Assembly (NCBI GenBank): GCA_934096315.1
Contig: CAKOLT010000006.1
Location: forward strand, 13,083-45,082
Reading direction: 5' to 3'
Source of the DNA: an uncultured Bacilli bacterium
Lineage (GTDB): Bacteria > Bacillota_I > Bacilli_A > RF39 > UBA660
DNA length: 32,000 bases
Part shown: in pieces, positions 1-9,974 of the stretch
Layout of the letters: the number at the start of each line of letters is the position of its first letter
How positions within the stretch are numbered: position 1 is the first letter of the stretch
The notes under the pieces: model-generated
What the model saw: the letters and a program-made list of their open reading frames with translations, nothing else
Databases searched by the model: none
What the model was told of the DNA's origin: nothing
Made by a program: the position numbers and the translations under genes

Positions 1-1
1 T

Positions 2-625
2 TATAAGGGTGGTGCCTTCCCTATTATTTTAGGAGGTGACCATAGTTTAAGTATTGGATCAGCATTAGCGTCTTTAAATTATTATCATAGTGTTGGAATA
101 ATTTGGATAGATGCTCATGCTGATTTTAATACGTTTGAAACGACTGAAACTGGTAATATACATGGATTACCTCTTGCTTGTATTTGTGGATATCATAATG
201 ATGTGCTTAGAATTTATGATGGTTATATTGACCCCAAGAGGTGTGTTGTTTTAGGAGCTAGAGCTATAGATAAGATAGAAAATCAAAATATTTTAGAGGC
301 TGGTATTAATATGATTGATAACAGTTATGTTAAACAAAATGGAATTAAGGATAGCTTGAATAAAGCTTTTGAATTACTTAAGGATACTGATTATATACAT
401 ATTAGTTTTGATGTTGATGTAATTGATCCCACTATCGCGATGGGGGTGTCTGTTGCCGAAGAGAATGGAATTAGTGATAAAGATGCTTATACTATAATAG
501 AAATGATTAAAAATAATCCGAAAGTTGTGTCTTTAGATATTGTAGAGTTTAATCCCTTGAATGATATTAATGGTAAAACGAAATTATTAGTTACTAATTT
601 GATTAATACTTTTATAAAGAAATAA
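2..625 (+). CDS. rocF: arginase (ureohydrolase family), 5' end cut by window edge
   Basis: The frame is open from base 2; track ORF 203..625 is only its GTG-initiated internal part. The translation carries the ureohydrolase Mn-binding motifs GGDHS, IWIDAHADFNT, GNIHGLPLA and SFDVDVIDP. TAA stop at 623-625, followed by a hairpin. Confidence 0.85.
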   Translation, partial: YKGGAFPIILGGDHSLSIGSALASLNYYHSVGIIWIDAHADFNTFETTETGNIHGLPLACICGYHNDVLRIYDGYIDPKRCVVLGARAIDKIENQNILEAGINMIDNSYVKQNGIKDSLNKAFELLKDTDYIHISFDVDVIDPTIAMGVSVAEENGISDKDAYTIIEMIKNNPKVVSLDIVEFNPLNDINGKTKLLVTNLINTFIKK

Positions 626-641
626 GTTTTATTTAAATATT

Positions 642-675
642 AAAAAACTGTAAAATTGGTGTTACAGTTTTTTTA
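642..675. terminator. bidirectional rho-independent terminator between convergent genes
   Basis: AAAACTGTAA (644-653) pairs with TTACAGTTTT (662-671) around an 8-nt loop, with an A-run on one side and a T-run on the other. It lies between the + strand stop (625) and the - strand stop (673). Confidence 0.7.
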
Positions 676-1233
676 ATATTTAAGTTGTACAGCATCAACT
701 TTTAAAGTTCCGGTAATCATTTTACCCTGTTCTTCATTTTGATTATAGTTTTTGTTGTCTAACCATATTAGTAGTGTATAATCACATGTATCATTGCGTC
801 CTAGAAAAGTATTTGCTATTATATTTATATTACCGCTTTGAGGAACATATCCGAGACCTATTTTTACACCTTTGGAGTTATATAAAGAATATTTTAGACT
901 TTCTTTAGAGAACTCATTTGTGTTTATGTTTAAACTTACAGTTATAGTTTGGTCTAAGGTACTCTTACTTATTACTGAAAAATTATTTCTATATATATAA
1001 GAAGAATAATCATTATAACTTGGTTCGCTCATTGGCCATAATCTTGGATTGTCTATATATACTCCATCTTTAAAATTTATTTCTAGTTTTCCAGTATATA
1101 ATTCTGTACTGTCTTTTTTATTACTAAAGACCATATTGTATATAGAAATAGTAACTCCAACGATTAGAATAACTAATGTCATAACGGAGACAACTATATA
1201 AAATATTTTCTTAGAATCACTTCCGTTCCACAT
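673..1233 (-). CDS. hypothetical membrane-anchored protein (one N-terminal TM helix, beta-rich ectodomain)
   Basis: 186-aa ORF with ATG preceded by AGGTGA. Hydrophobic segment IFYIVVSVMTLVILIVGVTISIY. No catalytic motif recognised. It loosely resembles the N-terminal modules of the 15404..17302 and 28960..31416 proteins. Confidence 0.55.
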   Translation of the reverse strand: MWNGSDSKKIFYIVVSVMTLVILIVGVTISIYNMVFSNKKDSTELYTGKLEINFKDGVYIDNPRLWPMSEPSYNDYSSYIYRNNFSVISKSTLDQTITVSLNINTNEFSKESLKYSLYNSKGVKIGLGYVPQSGNINIIANTFLGRNDTCDYTLLIWLDNKNYNQNEEQGKMITGTLKVDAVQLKY

Positions 1234-1271
1234 AACGTCACCTACCCTATAGTAATAATATCATAAGTATT

Positions 1272-1310
1272 AAAAAAAAGCAATAAATTTTAATGATAAA
1301 AATTTATTAC
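1272..1310 (-). terminator. putative weak intrinsic terminator after the glycosyltransferase gene
   Basis: On the - strand AATAAATTTT / AAAATTTATT form a 10-bp all-A/U stem (7-nt loop) followed by GC and T8. The stem has low stability. Confidence 0.4.
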
Positions 1311-1324
1311 CTACATACTAGATA

Positions 1325-2470
1325 CTAATTTTTTTCTATTTCTTTATATTTACTTAATAATATTTTAACTGCCTTATCCCATGTTATATATATATCATTA
1401 AATGCTTTTTCAGATACTTCCTTATATAGTTTATCGTCTTGGAGAATGCTTACTATTTTTTTACCATAATTCTTTGTTCCTTCTTTACTTATGAATCCAT
1501 TAACATTATCTATTACATTAGATGCTGTCGGAGATGATGCAATAAATACAGTAGGAGTTTTTTGGCTAGTGGCCTCTACTTGGACTAAACTTGAAGTATC
1601 AAATACTGATGGAAATAAGAATAGATCTGCACGTACATAGAAGTAACTTAGTAATTCTCTATCCGTTATCTTACCTATTACTTTTACAGAATCTCCGAGA
1701 TTGCATTCTTTAATTTTATTATTTAGTTTATCTCCATCTTCAAGAGGTCCGACAAAAAGCATTTTGAAAGGGATATTACTTTTTTTAACCTCCTTTAAAG
1801 ATTCTGTTAAAAGAAGTATGTTTTTTACAATATTGATCCTTCCCACAAAAAGAAGTACTTTATCGTCCTTGTTTATATTATAAGTATCATTAATATAATT
1901 AATCGCTTTTTCTTTATCTTTTACTGGTTTTAATTCTGTGGCATTAGGTATAATAGATATTCTTGGTTTTATACCGTAATCTATATATATTTTTTTTATT
2001 GCTTCATTTACTGTGTAGCATTCGTCACATCTATTATAAGTATTAATTACAAATTCCATTAACCATTTGTTAATCATTTTAGATTTAATTAAACGCTCGA
2101 ATTCGTAGTTAAATCTTGTATGGATAGTGCCTACTACAGGGATGTTACATTTTTTAGCAATGTGAATACCTAGTCTTCCCATTATGAATGGAGAATGAAT
2201 ATGAATAATATCAAAATTTTCTTGAATTAGTTTTTTTGTAAGTCCACGGTCAAACCATGGTGTTGAAAAGGAATACCCTACTTTTTTCATTTTTATACTG
2301 GAAGTTCTAATTACTCTATAGGGGAATTTATCTTTATAGTTTTTATCTATTTCAGGGACTATTACAACTACTTCACATGATTTACCAAGTAGTTTAGCAT
2401 AGTTGTCCATTACATAGATAACACCATTCATGCTAGGGAAATAATCATCCATGAAAAAACCTATTTTCAT
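1325..2470 (-). CDS. glycosyltransferase family 4 (GT-B fold)
   Basis: 381 aa. N-terminal FFMDDYFPSMNGV and HIHSPF motifs, C-terminal FLFPSVFDTSSLVQVEA (E-x7-E-like) typical of GT4. The start overlaps the folD stop (ATGA), indicating an operon. Confidence 0.8.
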   Translation of the reverse strand: MKIGFFMDDYFPSMNGVIYVMDNYAKLLGKSCEVVVIVPEIDKNYKDKFPYRVIRTSSIKMKKVGYSFSTPWFDRGLTKKLIQENFDIIHIHSPFIMGRLGIHIAKKCNIPVVGTIHTRFNYEFERLIKSKMINKWLMEFVINTYNRCDECYTVNEAIKKIYIDYGIKPRISIIPNATELKPVKDKEKAINYINDTYNINKDDKVLLFVGRINIVKNILLLTESLKEVKKSNIPFKMLFVGPLEDGDKLNNKIKECNLGDSVKVIGKITDRELLSYFYVRADLFLFPSVFDTSSLVQVEATSQKTPTVFIASSPTASNVIDNVNGFISKEGTKNYGKKIVSILQDDKLYKEVSEKAFNDIYITWDKAVKILLSKYKEIEKN

Positions 2471-3306
2471 TTTTCTTCCTCCTTTAACATATATGCATTA
2501 TACAAATTTAGTGCTAAAGAGGTTACTGTTAAGGGTCCGACTCCTCCGGGTACGGGGGTTATATATTTTGCTTTGTTTTTGCAATTATCAAAGTCGACAT
2601 CTCCTTTTATACTACCACTTGCATCTCTCGTTATACCAACATCAATAATGATTGAGTCTTTTTTTATCATATCTTCTTTAATAAGGAATTTTTTTCCTGT
2701 GCATGAAATTAAAATATCTGCATTTCTAGTATATTTAGATAAATCTTTTGTTTTAGAGTGACATAGTGTAACTGTAGCATCCATGTTAGTTAGTATATTT
2801 GCTAGAGGTTTTCCTACGAGATTACTGCGACCTACGATTACTACATTTTTACTACTTAAATCTATATTTAACTCTTTTAATATAATTGTTATTCCCAGTG
2901 GTGTACAAGGAACTAGACAGTTTTTGTTATGTAATAGTTTTCCAGCATTTATATCTGTTAGGCCATCTACATCCTTCCTATAATCAATATTATTTAGTAT
3001 TTCCTTTTCATCCAAATGTTTAGGTAGTGGTAATTGAATGAGTATTCCTGTTATACTTTTATCATTATTTAATTCTTTAATTTTATTTATAAGTTCTTCT
3101 TTTTCTACATTATCATCATATTTAATATGTTTAAAAAGGTATCCGATAGTATTGCAGATTTTTTGTTTCTGCGCTATATATATGTTACTTTCTTCAATAT
3201 TACCTACTTGAATTACTGCTAATGTTAATTTTTTAGGAAGAGCTTCTACTTTAGGTATTAATTCATTTATTTTTCTTTCTCTTATTTCTTTACCGTTAAT
3301 TATCAT
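2467..3306 (-). CDS. folD: bifunctional methylenetetrahydrofolate dehydrogenase/cyclohydrolase
   Basis: Motifs VVIVGRSNLVGKPLA (NADP Rossmann) and YITPVPGGVGPLT. I prefer the internal ATG at 3306 (MIINGKEI, with GGAAAGGAAG about 8 nt upstream) over the track start at 3327. Confidence 0.9.
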   Translation of the reverse strand: MIINGKEIRERKINELIPKVEALPKKLTLAVIQVGNIEESNIYIAQKQKICNTIGYLFKHIKYDDNVEKEELINKIKELNNDKSITGILIQLPLPKHLDEKEILNNIDYRKDVDGLTDINAGKLLHNKNCLVPCTPLGITIILKELNIDLSSKNVVIVGRSNLVGKPLANILTNMDATVTLCHSKTKDLSKYTRNADILISCTGKKFLIKEDMIKKDSIIIDVGITRDASGSIKGDVDFDNCKNKAKYITPVPGGVGPLTVTSLALNLYNAYMLKEEEK

Positions 3307-3310
3307 TTTT

Positions 3311-5056
3311 TTACTTCCTTTCCTCATTTTCCTCTTCTAGAGTTTTATAAGAAACTTTACCCACTAGAGTTTTTGGAATTTCTTCTCTAAATTCATATTC
3401 ATATGGTAATGAATATTTAGCTAAGTGTTTTTGGCAATGTTCTCTGATACTTTTTTTAATGCTACTATTTAATTTTATACCGTCTTTAAGTACGATGTAT
3501 GCTTTAGGGACTTGCAATTTATGGGGATGAGGAATTCCAATTACTACAGAAGTCTCTACACATGGGTGCATATCAAGTACTTCTTCTATATTTGAGGGAT
3601 ATATGTTATAACCAGATGATATTATCATTCTTTTGATTCTTTGTTTAAAGTATATAAATCCGTTTTCATCCATGCATCCGACATCTCCGGTATGAAGATA
3701 TATTTTACCATCAGAGTGTTTTTGTAAGGCATTTTTAGTTTCAGCATCGTTATCTAAGTAACCTTTCATAACTGTGGGACCTGATATACATATTTCACCA
3801 TCCATATTGGGTCCTAATTCTTTGGTGGTTCCTATTTCTACTATTTTATAAATCATATCTGGAAAAGGAATACCAATACTTCCCTCTTTATAGAATTTTC
3901 TGGGGGTTAGGCAGGATGCTCCGGTACATTCTGTTAAGCCATATCCTTCTCTAATTTTAGTTTTTGAGTTGTGTTTTTCTAAAAAGTCATCTATTTCTTT
4001 TTTTAAATTAGACGGAAGTGTGTCTCCTCCAGATACAAGACAGGATACAAATGATAAATCTTTTATATTACTTTTTATTAAGCTTTCAAATAAACTTGGT
4101 ACCCCAACGATAAAATTTGGATGATATTTTTTTATTAGTTTATTAAATTTTTTATGACTAAAGTTAGGAATTAGTATGCATTTCATTCCTATATATAAAG
4201 GGGTGTGAATACAGACTCCAAGTCCAAAACCATGAAATATTGGCATAATAGATAATACCGAATCTCCTTGTTTAGAGGGATCACACATTAAATGACTTTG
4301 AATAGCTAAGGCATTAAAGTTGTTGTCGGTTAGAACGACTCCTTTAGGGGTTCCTGTTGTGCCACCACTGTAAAGTATTACTGCTTCTTTATCTAAGTTT
4401 CTATGATATGGTTTTAGTGACTCTGCCTCTAGTCCTAGTTTTACGAAATCTTTCCAAAAAATAGATTTTTCATCACTTTCTATTTTGTTTTTTCTTCCGG
4501 TAAAAAACCAGTATAGAAAGTGATTGGTATTACTCATATCAGTACTTACGGCACTTACTATTATTTTCTCTAGAAAAGTATTTTCTTCTATTTCTTTGAT
4601 TTTATCATAAACGAAGTCTATTACTAATATATATTTACTTTTTGATGTGTTTAAATATCTTTCTATTTCTTTACTAGCAGATAATGGATGAATCATATTA
4701 GCAGTTGCTCCGATATAGTTTATTGCATAGAACATAATTACACTACTTGGGGTATTAGGCATGCATATGGTTACTCTATCATCTTTGGTTACTCCGAGTT
4801 CTATTAGACTACTGGCAACTTTAATTATCTTGGTATTAAATTCTCTATATGTGATTTTTTTACCGAAGTATTCTAGAGCATAGTTATATGGATAATGCTC
4901 ACATGTTTTATTTATTAATTCATATATTGATAATTTTGGGTATTCTAGGTGTTCTGGTACACTACCGTAGAAATTATACCATGGTCTTTTGGGAAAGAAA
5001 TAATGGTATAACCTACTTATTTTACTTTCTACCTTATTATAAATCCACTCTATCAT
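3311..5056 (-). CDS. AMP-dependent acyl-CoA synthetase (long-chain fatty acid-CoA ligase-like)
   Basis: 581 aa with the adenylate-forming signatures YSGGTTGTPKGV, GYGLTE and TGDVGCMDENGFIYFKQRIKR. Confidence 0.85.
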   Translation of the reverse strand: MIEWIYNKVESKISRLYHYFFPKRPWYNFYGSVPEHLEYPKLSIYELINKTCEHYPYNYALEYFGKKITYREFNTKIIKVASSLIELGVTKDDRVTICMPNTPSSVIMFYAINYIGATANMIHPLSASKEIERYLNTSKSKYILVIDFVYDKIKEIEENTFLEKIIVSAVSTDMSNTNHFLYWFFTGRKNKIESDEKSIFWKDFVKLGLEAESLKPYHRNLDKEAVILYSGGTTGTPKGVVLTDNNFNALAIQSHLMCDPSKQGDSVLSIMPIFHGFGLGVCIHTPLYIGMKCILIPNFSHKKFNKLIKKYHPNFIVGVPSLFESLIKSNIKDLSFVSCLVSGGDTLPSNLKKEIDDFLEKHNSKTKIREGYGLTECTGASCLTPRKFYKEGSIGIPFPDMIYKIVEIGTTKELGPNMDGEICISGPTVMKGYLDNDAETKNALQKHSDGKIYLHTGDVGCMDENGFIYFKQRIKRMIISSGYNIYPSNIEEVLDMHPCVETSVVIGIPHPHKLQVPKAYIVLKDGIKLNSSIKKSIREHCQKHLAKYSLPYEYEFREEIPKTLVGKVSYKTLEEENEERK

Positions 5057-5891
5057 TTATATGTTCCTCCAGAAGTTCGGGGTTATTTAATATATATTCA
5101 AATAAGTTTACTGCCTTGGCAAAATAATAACCATCTCCGATTCTTTCATCTATTGTAATTCCAAAATCACAGACATCTCTTATTTCTTTTTTTCCGTCAA
5201 TGACTAATACTTCTTTATGTATTTTTCCAATAGTCATGATTACGCTGTTGGTACCAAAGTTAGTTAGATGGTGATATATACTAGGGCAATTTATGCTACC
5301 TAGGTTGGATACTAGAATGCTACAGTGGTAGACACTATTATTTGTAAGTGTTTGTGGTAATAGATCATGGTTATCCATAAATTTAATTATTTTCATAATT
5401 ATACATCTTAATATTTTAGGTAATTTTCCGATAAATTCTATAGCACTATCTGTATCATTGTTTTTATTACTTCTGATTTTTTTGACATCACCAGATATTT
5501 TTTTACTTATACTATTTATGGTATCTTTTTCCTCTACCTTAATTACATTAAGGCATTCTTTAGCAGAATCTGTAAATGATGTTTTAGCTACAAAACCAAT
5601 GCTAATATCATTTCTTTTGTAAAATGATCCGCCGATTATGAATTTATTCATTGAGGGATAGTTATAAATGCTTCGTCCAATTGCAGTTGAAAATGCATGA
5701 AAATAAGTTATCTTACTGTCTTTTTTCTTTTTTTCTTCAATGTATTTTACTAAATTAGTTACATCTATTGTTTTATTTAAATAAGTTTCACTCTCTGTTC
5801 TTTTAGGGAGTATATTAAGCATTAGTTTATGTACTCCATCAGTTTTTAGTTTTTCCCCGTCTCTTCGATCTGTAAATTTTTTCTTTTTCAT
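5037..5891 (-). CDS. stand-alone 2-oxoacid dehydrogenase acyltransferase (E2 catalytic domain)-like protein
   Basis: 284 aa. C-terminal SILVSNLGS ... ITIDERIGDGYYFAKAVNLFEYILNNPELL parallels the E2/CAT-fold motif DHRxxDG ... P..L. There is no lipoyl domain. It overlaps the downstream acyl-CoA synthetase start by 20 nt. Confidence 0.6.
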   Translation of the reverse strand: MKKKKFTDRRDGEKLKTDGVHKLMLNILPKRTESETYLNKTIDVTNLVKYIEEKKKKDSKITYFHAFSTAIGRSIYNYPSMNKFIIGGSFYKRNDISIGFVAKTSFTDSAKECLNVIKVEEKDTINSISKKISGDVKKIRSNKNNDTDSAIEFIGKLPKILRCIIMKIIKFMDNHDLLPQTLTNNSVYHCSILVSNLGSINCPSIYHHLTNFGTNSVIMTIGKIHKEVLVIDGKKEIRDVCDFGITIDERIGDGYYFAKAVNLFEYILNNPELLEEHINDRVDL

Positions 5892-5988
5892 ATAACACCT
5901 CTTATAGATTAATTTTACTTTAATTTTATTTATATGTCAATAAATTAGGGCAAACATATTATATTTCTTTTTCTATTATATAATATAT

Positions 5989-6023
5989 AAATACCAGCAA
6001 AAAATGAAATTTTGCTGGTATTT
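5989..6023 (-). terminator. intrinsic terminator downstream of the M48 peptidase gene
   Basis: AAATACCAGCAAAA (5989-6002) pairs perfectly with TTTTGCTGGTATTT (6010-6023) around a 7-nt loop, with U-rich flanks. Confidence 0.65.
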
Positions 6024-6072
6024 AGTTTTAGTTTTTAATTATTTGCTTGCTTGTTTGTTTTAATATTTCTCC

Positions 6073-6699
6073 TTAGTTTCTTAATTTTTTTCTTATTTCT
6101 TTATAGTTGGGAATATATATGCTAACTTCATTCCAAAACTCTTTGGAGTGGTTAAAGTATATGAAATGTGATAACTCATGGACAATAACATAATCAAGGC
6201 AATCAATGTCATACTTAATTAAATTGCTATTTAAAGTAACATTATTGTTTTTTATATTACATACTCCCCACCTACTTTTCATATTTCTTATTTTTAGGTT
6301 TGGGTTTGGTATTTCTTTTTCATATCTGTTATACCAATAATCTAAATGTTCTTTAAACGTCTTTTTTATAAGATTATTTAAATATTTATTTAAGTTGTTT
6401 TCATCCTTGACGTATATTTTATTATCCATTATGGAAACATCTGAGAAAGATCCATATATAACATCGTATCTTACCCCGAAGATATATAATCCATCATCTT
6501 TTTTGTTTTGTTTGCTTGTTTCTATCCAGCTGTTTATTAGAGATTTATTATCAGAAATTAGTTTATTTATTCTTTTATCAGATACCATATAGTTAGTAGT
6601 TACTACGATACTATTGTTTTTATATCTAATATACGTGTTTTTTATTCTTTTTCTTATAATAGTAACTGGATATTCTTTTTCATCATAAATGTATTTCAT
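6073..6699 (-). CDS. M48-family / YgjP-like (DUF45) metal-dependent hydrolase
   Basis: 208 aa. C-terminal VIVHELSHFIYFNHSKEFW contains HExxH in the context typical of DUF45/YgjP proteins. Confidence 0.8.
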   Translation of the reverse strand: MKYIYDEKEYPVTIIRKRIKNTYIRYKNNSIVVTTNYMVSDKRINKLISDNKSLINSWIETSKQNKKDDGLYIFGVRYDVIYGSFSDVSIMDNKIYVKDENNLNKYLNNLIKKTFKEHLDYWYNRYEKEIPNPNLKIRNMKSRWGVCNIKNNNVTLNSNLIKYDIDCLDYVIVHELSHFIYFNHSKEFWNEVSIYIPNYKEIRKKLRN

Positions 6700-6716
6700 A
6701 GATGCCTCCCCTGAAA

Positions 6717-9056
6717 TTAATTTTCTATATATTCTAGTAGACTTATAAACATAGTTATGAATTTAGATTCAAGATTCTTTTTTCTAAGTTTTCTAATAGC
6801 TATTCTTTTCTTTTTAACAGATAAGTCACTAAATATTATTTTGTCTATATCTTCTTTTAGACTTGTTGTTATCTCTAGATCCTCAAGAATACTAGCAATT
6901 TCTTCATTAATAACTCTTTCTATACTTATTTCTGTATTTATACCACTTATAGAAACTTCAATAACTCCGGCGGTTGATACTCTTTCTAATTCTATTATTA
7001 AATCATTACGATCGCTGTAACTTCTAAATTGGTATGGACTGTTGTTGTAAGTTACAGATATTGATTCTGTTAGTTTAATATTTTTAAATCTAAAAACATA
7101 TTTACGTGATGGTAAAATGCTGGCATTACCCTCTTTTGGTTTAAGGGATAACTTGTAGTTATCTTTTTGATATTTATATGATATCTCTGTAGTTAGATGG
7201 ATATTATTATTATCTTCATAAAAATTATATGTGTTATCCATTCCTGGGAATATTTGTATTTCTAATTTATCTGGAATATCAGTGTTATCATTAAGTGATA
7301 GTGGTAAAATAGTGCCTGCAATGCAGAATACGGGATAGTCTTCATCCTTATAAAAGCTTGTATAGTATTTTCCACCATTATATTTTTTACCAGTAAAATA
7401 GTCATACCAAGTACCATTTGGTATATATAGTTTTTGGACTACTCTATTCATTACACTATTTTTCTTCTTTGTAATTGGGGCTATTAACATTTGACTTGTG
7501 AAATAGTACTGATTACGATATAATGGCTCATCATATATTTTAGGTTCCATGTAATATAATGGTTTTATAATTGTTTTACCTGATACTGCATAATAGTGTC
7601 CTTCGGAATATAAATATGGAACCAAGGAATTACGTAGTTTCATATATTTTTTAATTACACTTAATATTAAGCTATTCCATTTCCATGGTTCTCTTTTATA
7701 GTATTTTCCCCCTTCACTTGCTAGTATGAATATAGGGCTAAATGTTCCAAACTGGATATACCTTATATATAGTTCGTTATTTTCTATTCCATTATGGTAT
7801 CCGCCGATGGCATGAGCTACAAAGGAAACTCCGATATTAGCACATGATAAGTTATAGAATGGTAAAATGTTTAGTATATTCCAACTGATATTTGTTTTGC
7901 CTGTGTACATAACTGGATATCTATGAGGGGCTATACCACTGTTTAGGCTTAGAATTAGGCCATTTCCGTATTTTTGACTACTGGTATATAAATAGTGTTG
8001 TAGTAGCCATAGGGTGTTTTTATCATTTTTATTGTTATAATCTATATTGAATAGTGATACTCCGACTTGTTCTAGGGATGAGATATAATTATTGTAGAAT
8101 ACAAGCATTTTATTAGAATCTAAGGGAACTAGATTTATATCTTTAGTAGTATTTAACAGCTGGCTAACATGGGGGTATTTACTGTCATTTACGTTTATAC
8201 CGAGACTAGGATTTATGGTAAGACCTAGTCTTATTTTGTTTTGATAAAGATAGTTTGCTACTTCTCTGCCACTACCTAGAGTGGTTTTATCTATTTCATA
8301 ATTATTTGGAGCTTTATGCCATTTGTCTCCGAGTAGAAAAATTGATATTGGTATTTCGTTTTCTTTGAATTTTTTTACTACATTTACAATATCTACTGCA
8401 TTATATTCTTCGTTTTTATACCACCATGCTCCGAGTGCATAACGTGGTACCATACTAGGATAAGATGTTAATTTATAATAATCGTCTAGACAAAGTCCAA
8501 AATCTCTTTTATACATAAATAGATAGATGTCTATGTTATTTCCTTCTCTATTTGTGTAAAAGCCATTTTCATTTAATATCATACTATATGAGTCATCGAT
8601 TGATACAAAGCCATCAATAGAATATAGTCCTTTATCTAACTTAAAATTATTTGTTATGTTCTCTAAGGAGAATGATGATCCACCATAGTTTCTTACTTCT
8701 GGATGTCCATAATACCATTCTTTATCTGTTCCATTTAGAACTACTTTTAGGGTGGAAGAACCAGCGATCTTTCCTACCTTAAATGGTTTATCTTTGACAT
8801 ATGTGAGTGTGAAATAGTTAGTTTTTATTTCTAGTAATATTTGGCTTTCTGTGACATTATATTTGTTTGGATCGAAATCACGAAAGACTACTAGACTTGT
8901 GGGATTATTTATAAAGTTTCCCTCTTTGCTATATTCAAGTCTTATTAATCTTGGGGATAGTATAGTAAATCTATATTTAGCCCCTTGGACTATATTTGCA
9001 CTTTTAGCTACAGCTTTATTATAGTTTTTTGTAAAACTGTTATTGATATTATTCAT
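6717..9056 (-). CDS. glycoside hydrolase family 31-like protein
   Basis: 779 aa. GH31-like blocks PRYALGAWWYKNEEY, EIPISIFLLGDKWH, GVSLFNIDYNN (nucleophile Asp region), YTGKTNISWNIL and GVSFVAHAIGGY (aligns with the GLSFWSHDIGGF-type block). RBS AGGTGA upstream of the ATG. Confidence 0.75.
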   Translation of the reverse strand: MNNINNSFTKNYNKAVAKSANIVQGAKYRFTILSPRLIRLEYSKEGNFINNPTSLVVFRDFDPNKYNVTESQILLEIKTNYFTLTYVKDKPFKVGKIAGSSTLKVVLNGTDKEWYYGHPEVRNYGGSSFSLENITNNFKLDKGLYSIDGFVSIDDSYSMILNENGFYTNREGNNIDIYLFMYKRDFGLCLDDYYKLTSYPSMVPRYALGAWWYKNEEYNAVDIVNVVKKFKENEIPISIFLLGDKWHKAPNNYEIDKTTLGSGREVANYLYQNKIRLGLTINPSLGINVNDSKYPHVSQLLNTTKDINLVPLDSNKMLVFYNNYISSLEQVGVSLFNIDYNNKNDKNTLWLLQHYLYTSSQKYGNGLILSLNSGIAPHRYPVMYTGKTNISWNILNILPFYNLSCANIGVSFVAHAIGGYHNGIENNELYIRYIQFGTFSPIFILASEGGKYYKREPWKWNSLILSVIKKYMKLRNSLVPYLYSEGHYYAVSGKTIIKPLYYMEPKIYDEPLYRNQYYFTSQMLIAPITKKKNSVMNRVVQKLYIPNGTWYDYFTGKKYNGGKYYTSFYKDEDYPVFCIAGTILPLSLNDNTDIPDKLEIQIFPGMDNTYNFYEDNNNIHLTTEISYKYQKDNYKLSLKPKEGNASILPSRKYVFRFKNIKLTESISVTYNNSPYQFRSYSDRNDLIIELERVSTAGVIEVSISGINTEISIERVINEEIASILEDLEITTSLKEDIDKIIFSDLSVKKKRIAIRKLRKKNLESKFITMFISLLEYIEN

Positions 9057-9079
9057 GGTATCACCTATCTTCTAGTATA

Positions 9080-9108
9080 ATTTTACCATATTTGTCTTTT
9101 TATTACAA
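9080..9108 (-). promoter_or_regulatory. candidate sigma-A promoter for the GH31 operon
   Basis: - strand TTGTAA (9103-9108), 17-nt spacer, TAAAAT (9080-9085), about 25 nt upstream of the GH31 ATG. Such motifs arise by chance in AT-rich DNA. Confidence 0.35.
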
Positions 9109-9308
9109 TATAAATTATTATTAAAAATTATTTTATGTCTTAACTGGAAATATTAATATTATCTTATCATTAAATGTCTATATTGTCTTTGGTTAATTCG
9201 ACATAAATTTTGGTGTTACTTCTAACGAGACTATTTTTAATGCAGCATAACTCCCAAAAAATCAATATTTTTTTGACTTTTTAGGAGTTATATCTTGTTT
9301 TTTCTATA

Positions 9309-9974
9309 TTAGTTAATAATTTCTTCTATTTGTTTGATATCTTCTTTAATCTTGTTTATTTCCTTTGTATTACTCTCTGGAATTTCTTTTAGTATATTTT
9401 TGTTTTTAGATTTTAGTACATTTAAATATTCTATGAATGTACTTGGTCTTTCTTTTAGTAACACTGGTCCATACTTGTATTCTAAATTTGTATATGTTTT
9501 TTTACCTCTTTGGAATTTAATTATTACATAGTATATATTATTATCCTTTATGATATATTCTTCTTCTATGTAAAAGCCTAACTTAGTAACTTCTCTTCGT
9601 AGTGTTTCTTGATGATTATTACTTTGCAGGATAATAGTGTTTATATTTTTGATTTTGCTATTATTTAATATATTAGTTATTGTGCTTGTTCCCAGACCGG
9701 AAATTATTATAACATCTACATCTTTAGTATCTATGTTATTTAGTCCATCAGATAATACGGTTTTAATGATATTAGTTTTACCATATTTATTGATGTTTTT
9801 AATTGCCATGTTAAGAGCATTTTTATTAATATCACTAGCTATTATTTTTATGTTATTTTTGACTTCTGATAAATAAATATCTAAGATGGCGTGATCGCAT
9901 CCGATATCTACGATAGAAGAGTTATCCGGAGTTATATCTCCGAGTAGTTTTAATCTTTTAGATATTTTAATCAT
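9309..9974 (-). CDS. trmK: tRNA (adenine22-N1)-methyltransferase
   Basis: 221 aa. N-terminal [30 protein letters not shown] matches the TrmK signature (DIGxDHA). It sits just after rpoD, as in Bacillus. Confidence 0.8.
   Translation of the reverse strand: MIKISKRLKLLGDITPDNSSIVDIGCDHAILDIYLSEVKNNIKIIASDINKNALNMAIKNINKYGKTNIIKTVLSDGLNNIDTKDVDVIIISGLGTSTITNILNNSKIKNINTIILQSNNHQETLRREVTKLGFYIEEEYIIKDNNIYYVIIKFQRGKKTYTNLEYKYGPVLLKERPSTFIEYLNVLKSKNKNILKEIPESNTKEINKIKEDIKQIEEIIN

Noticed and set aside
9250-9290. Hairpin TAACTCC...GGAGTTA downstream of trmK as a terminator
   Set aside because: It has a 7-8-bp stem but a loop of about 27 nt and no U-run on the - strand, which is too weak to call.
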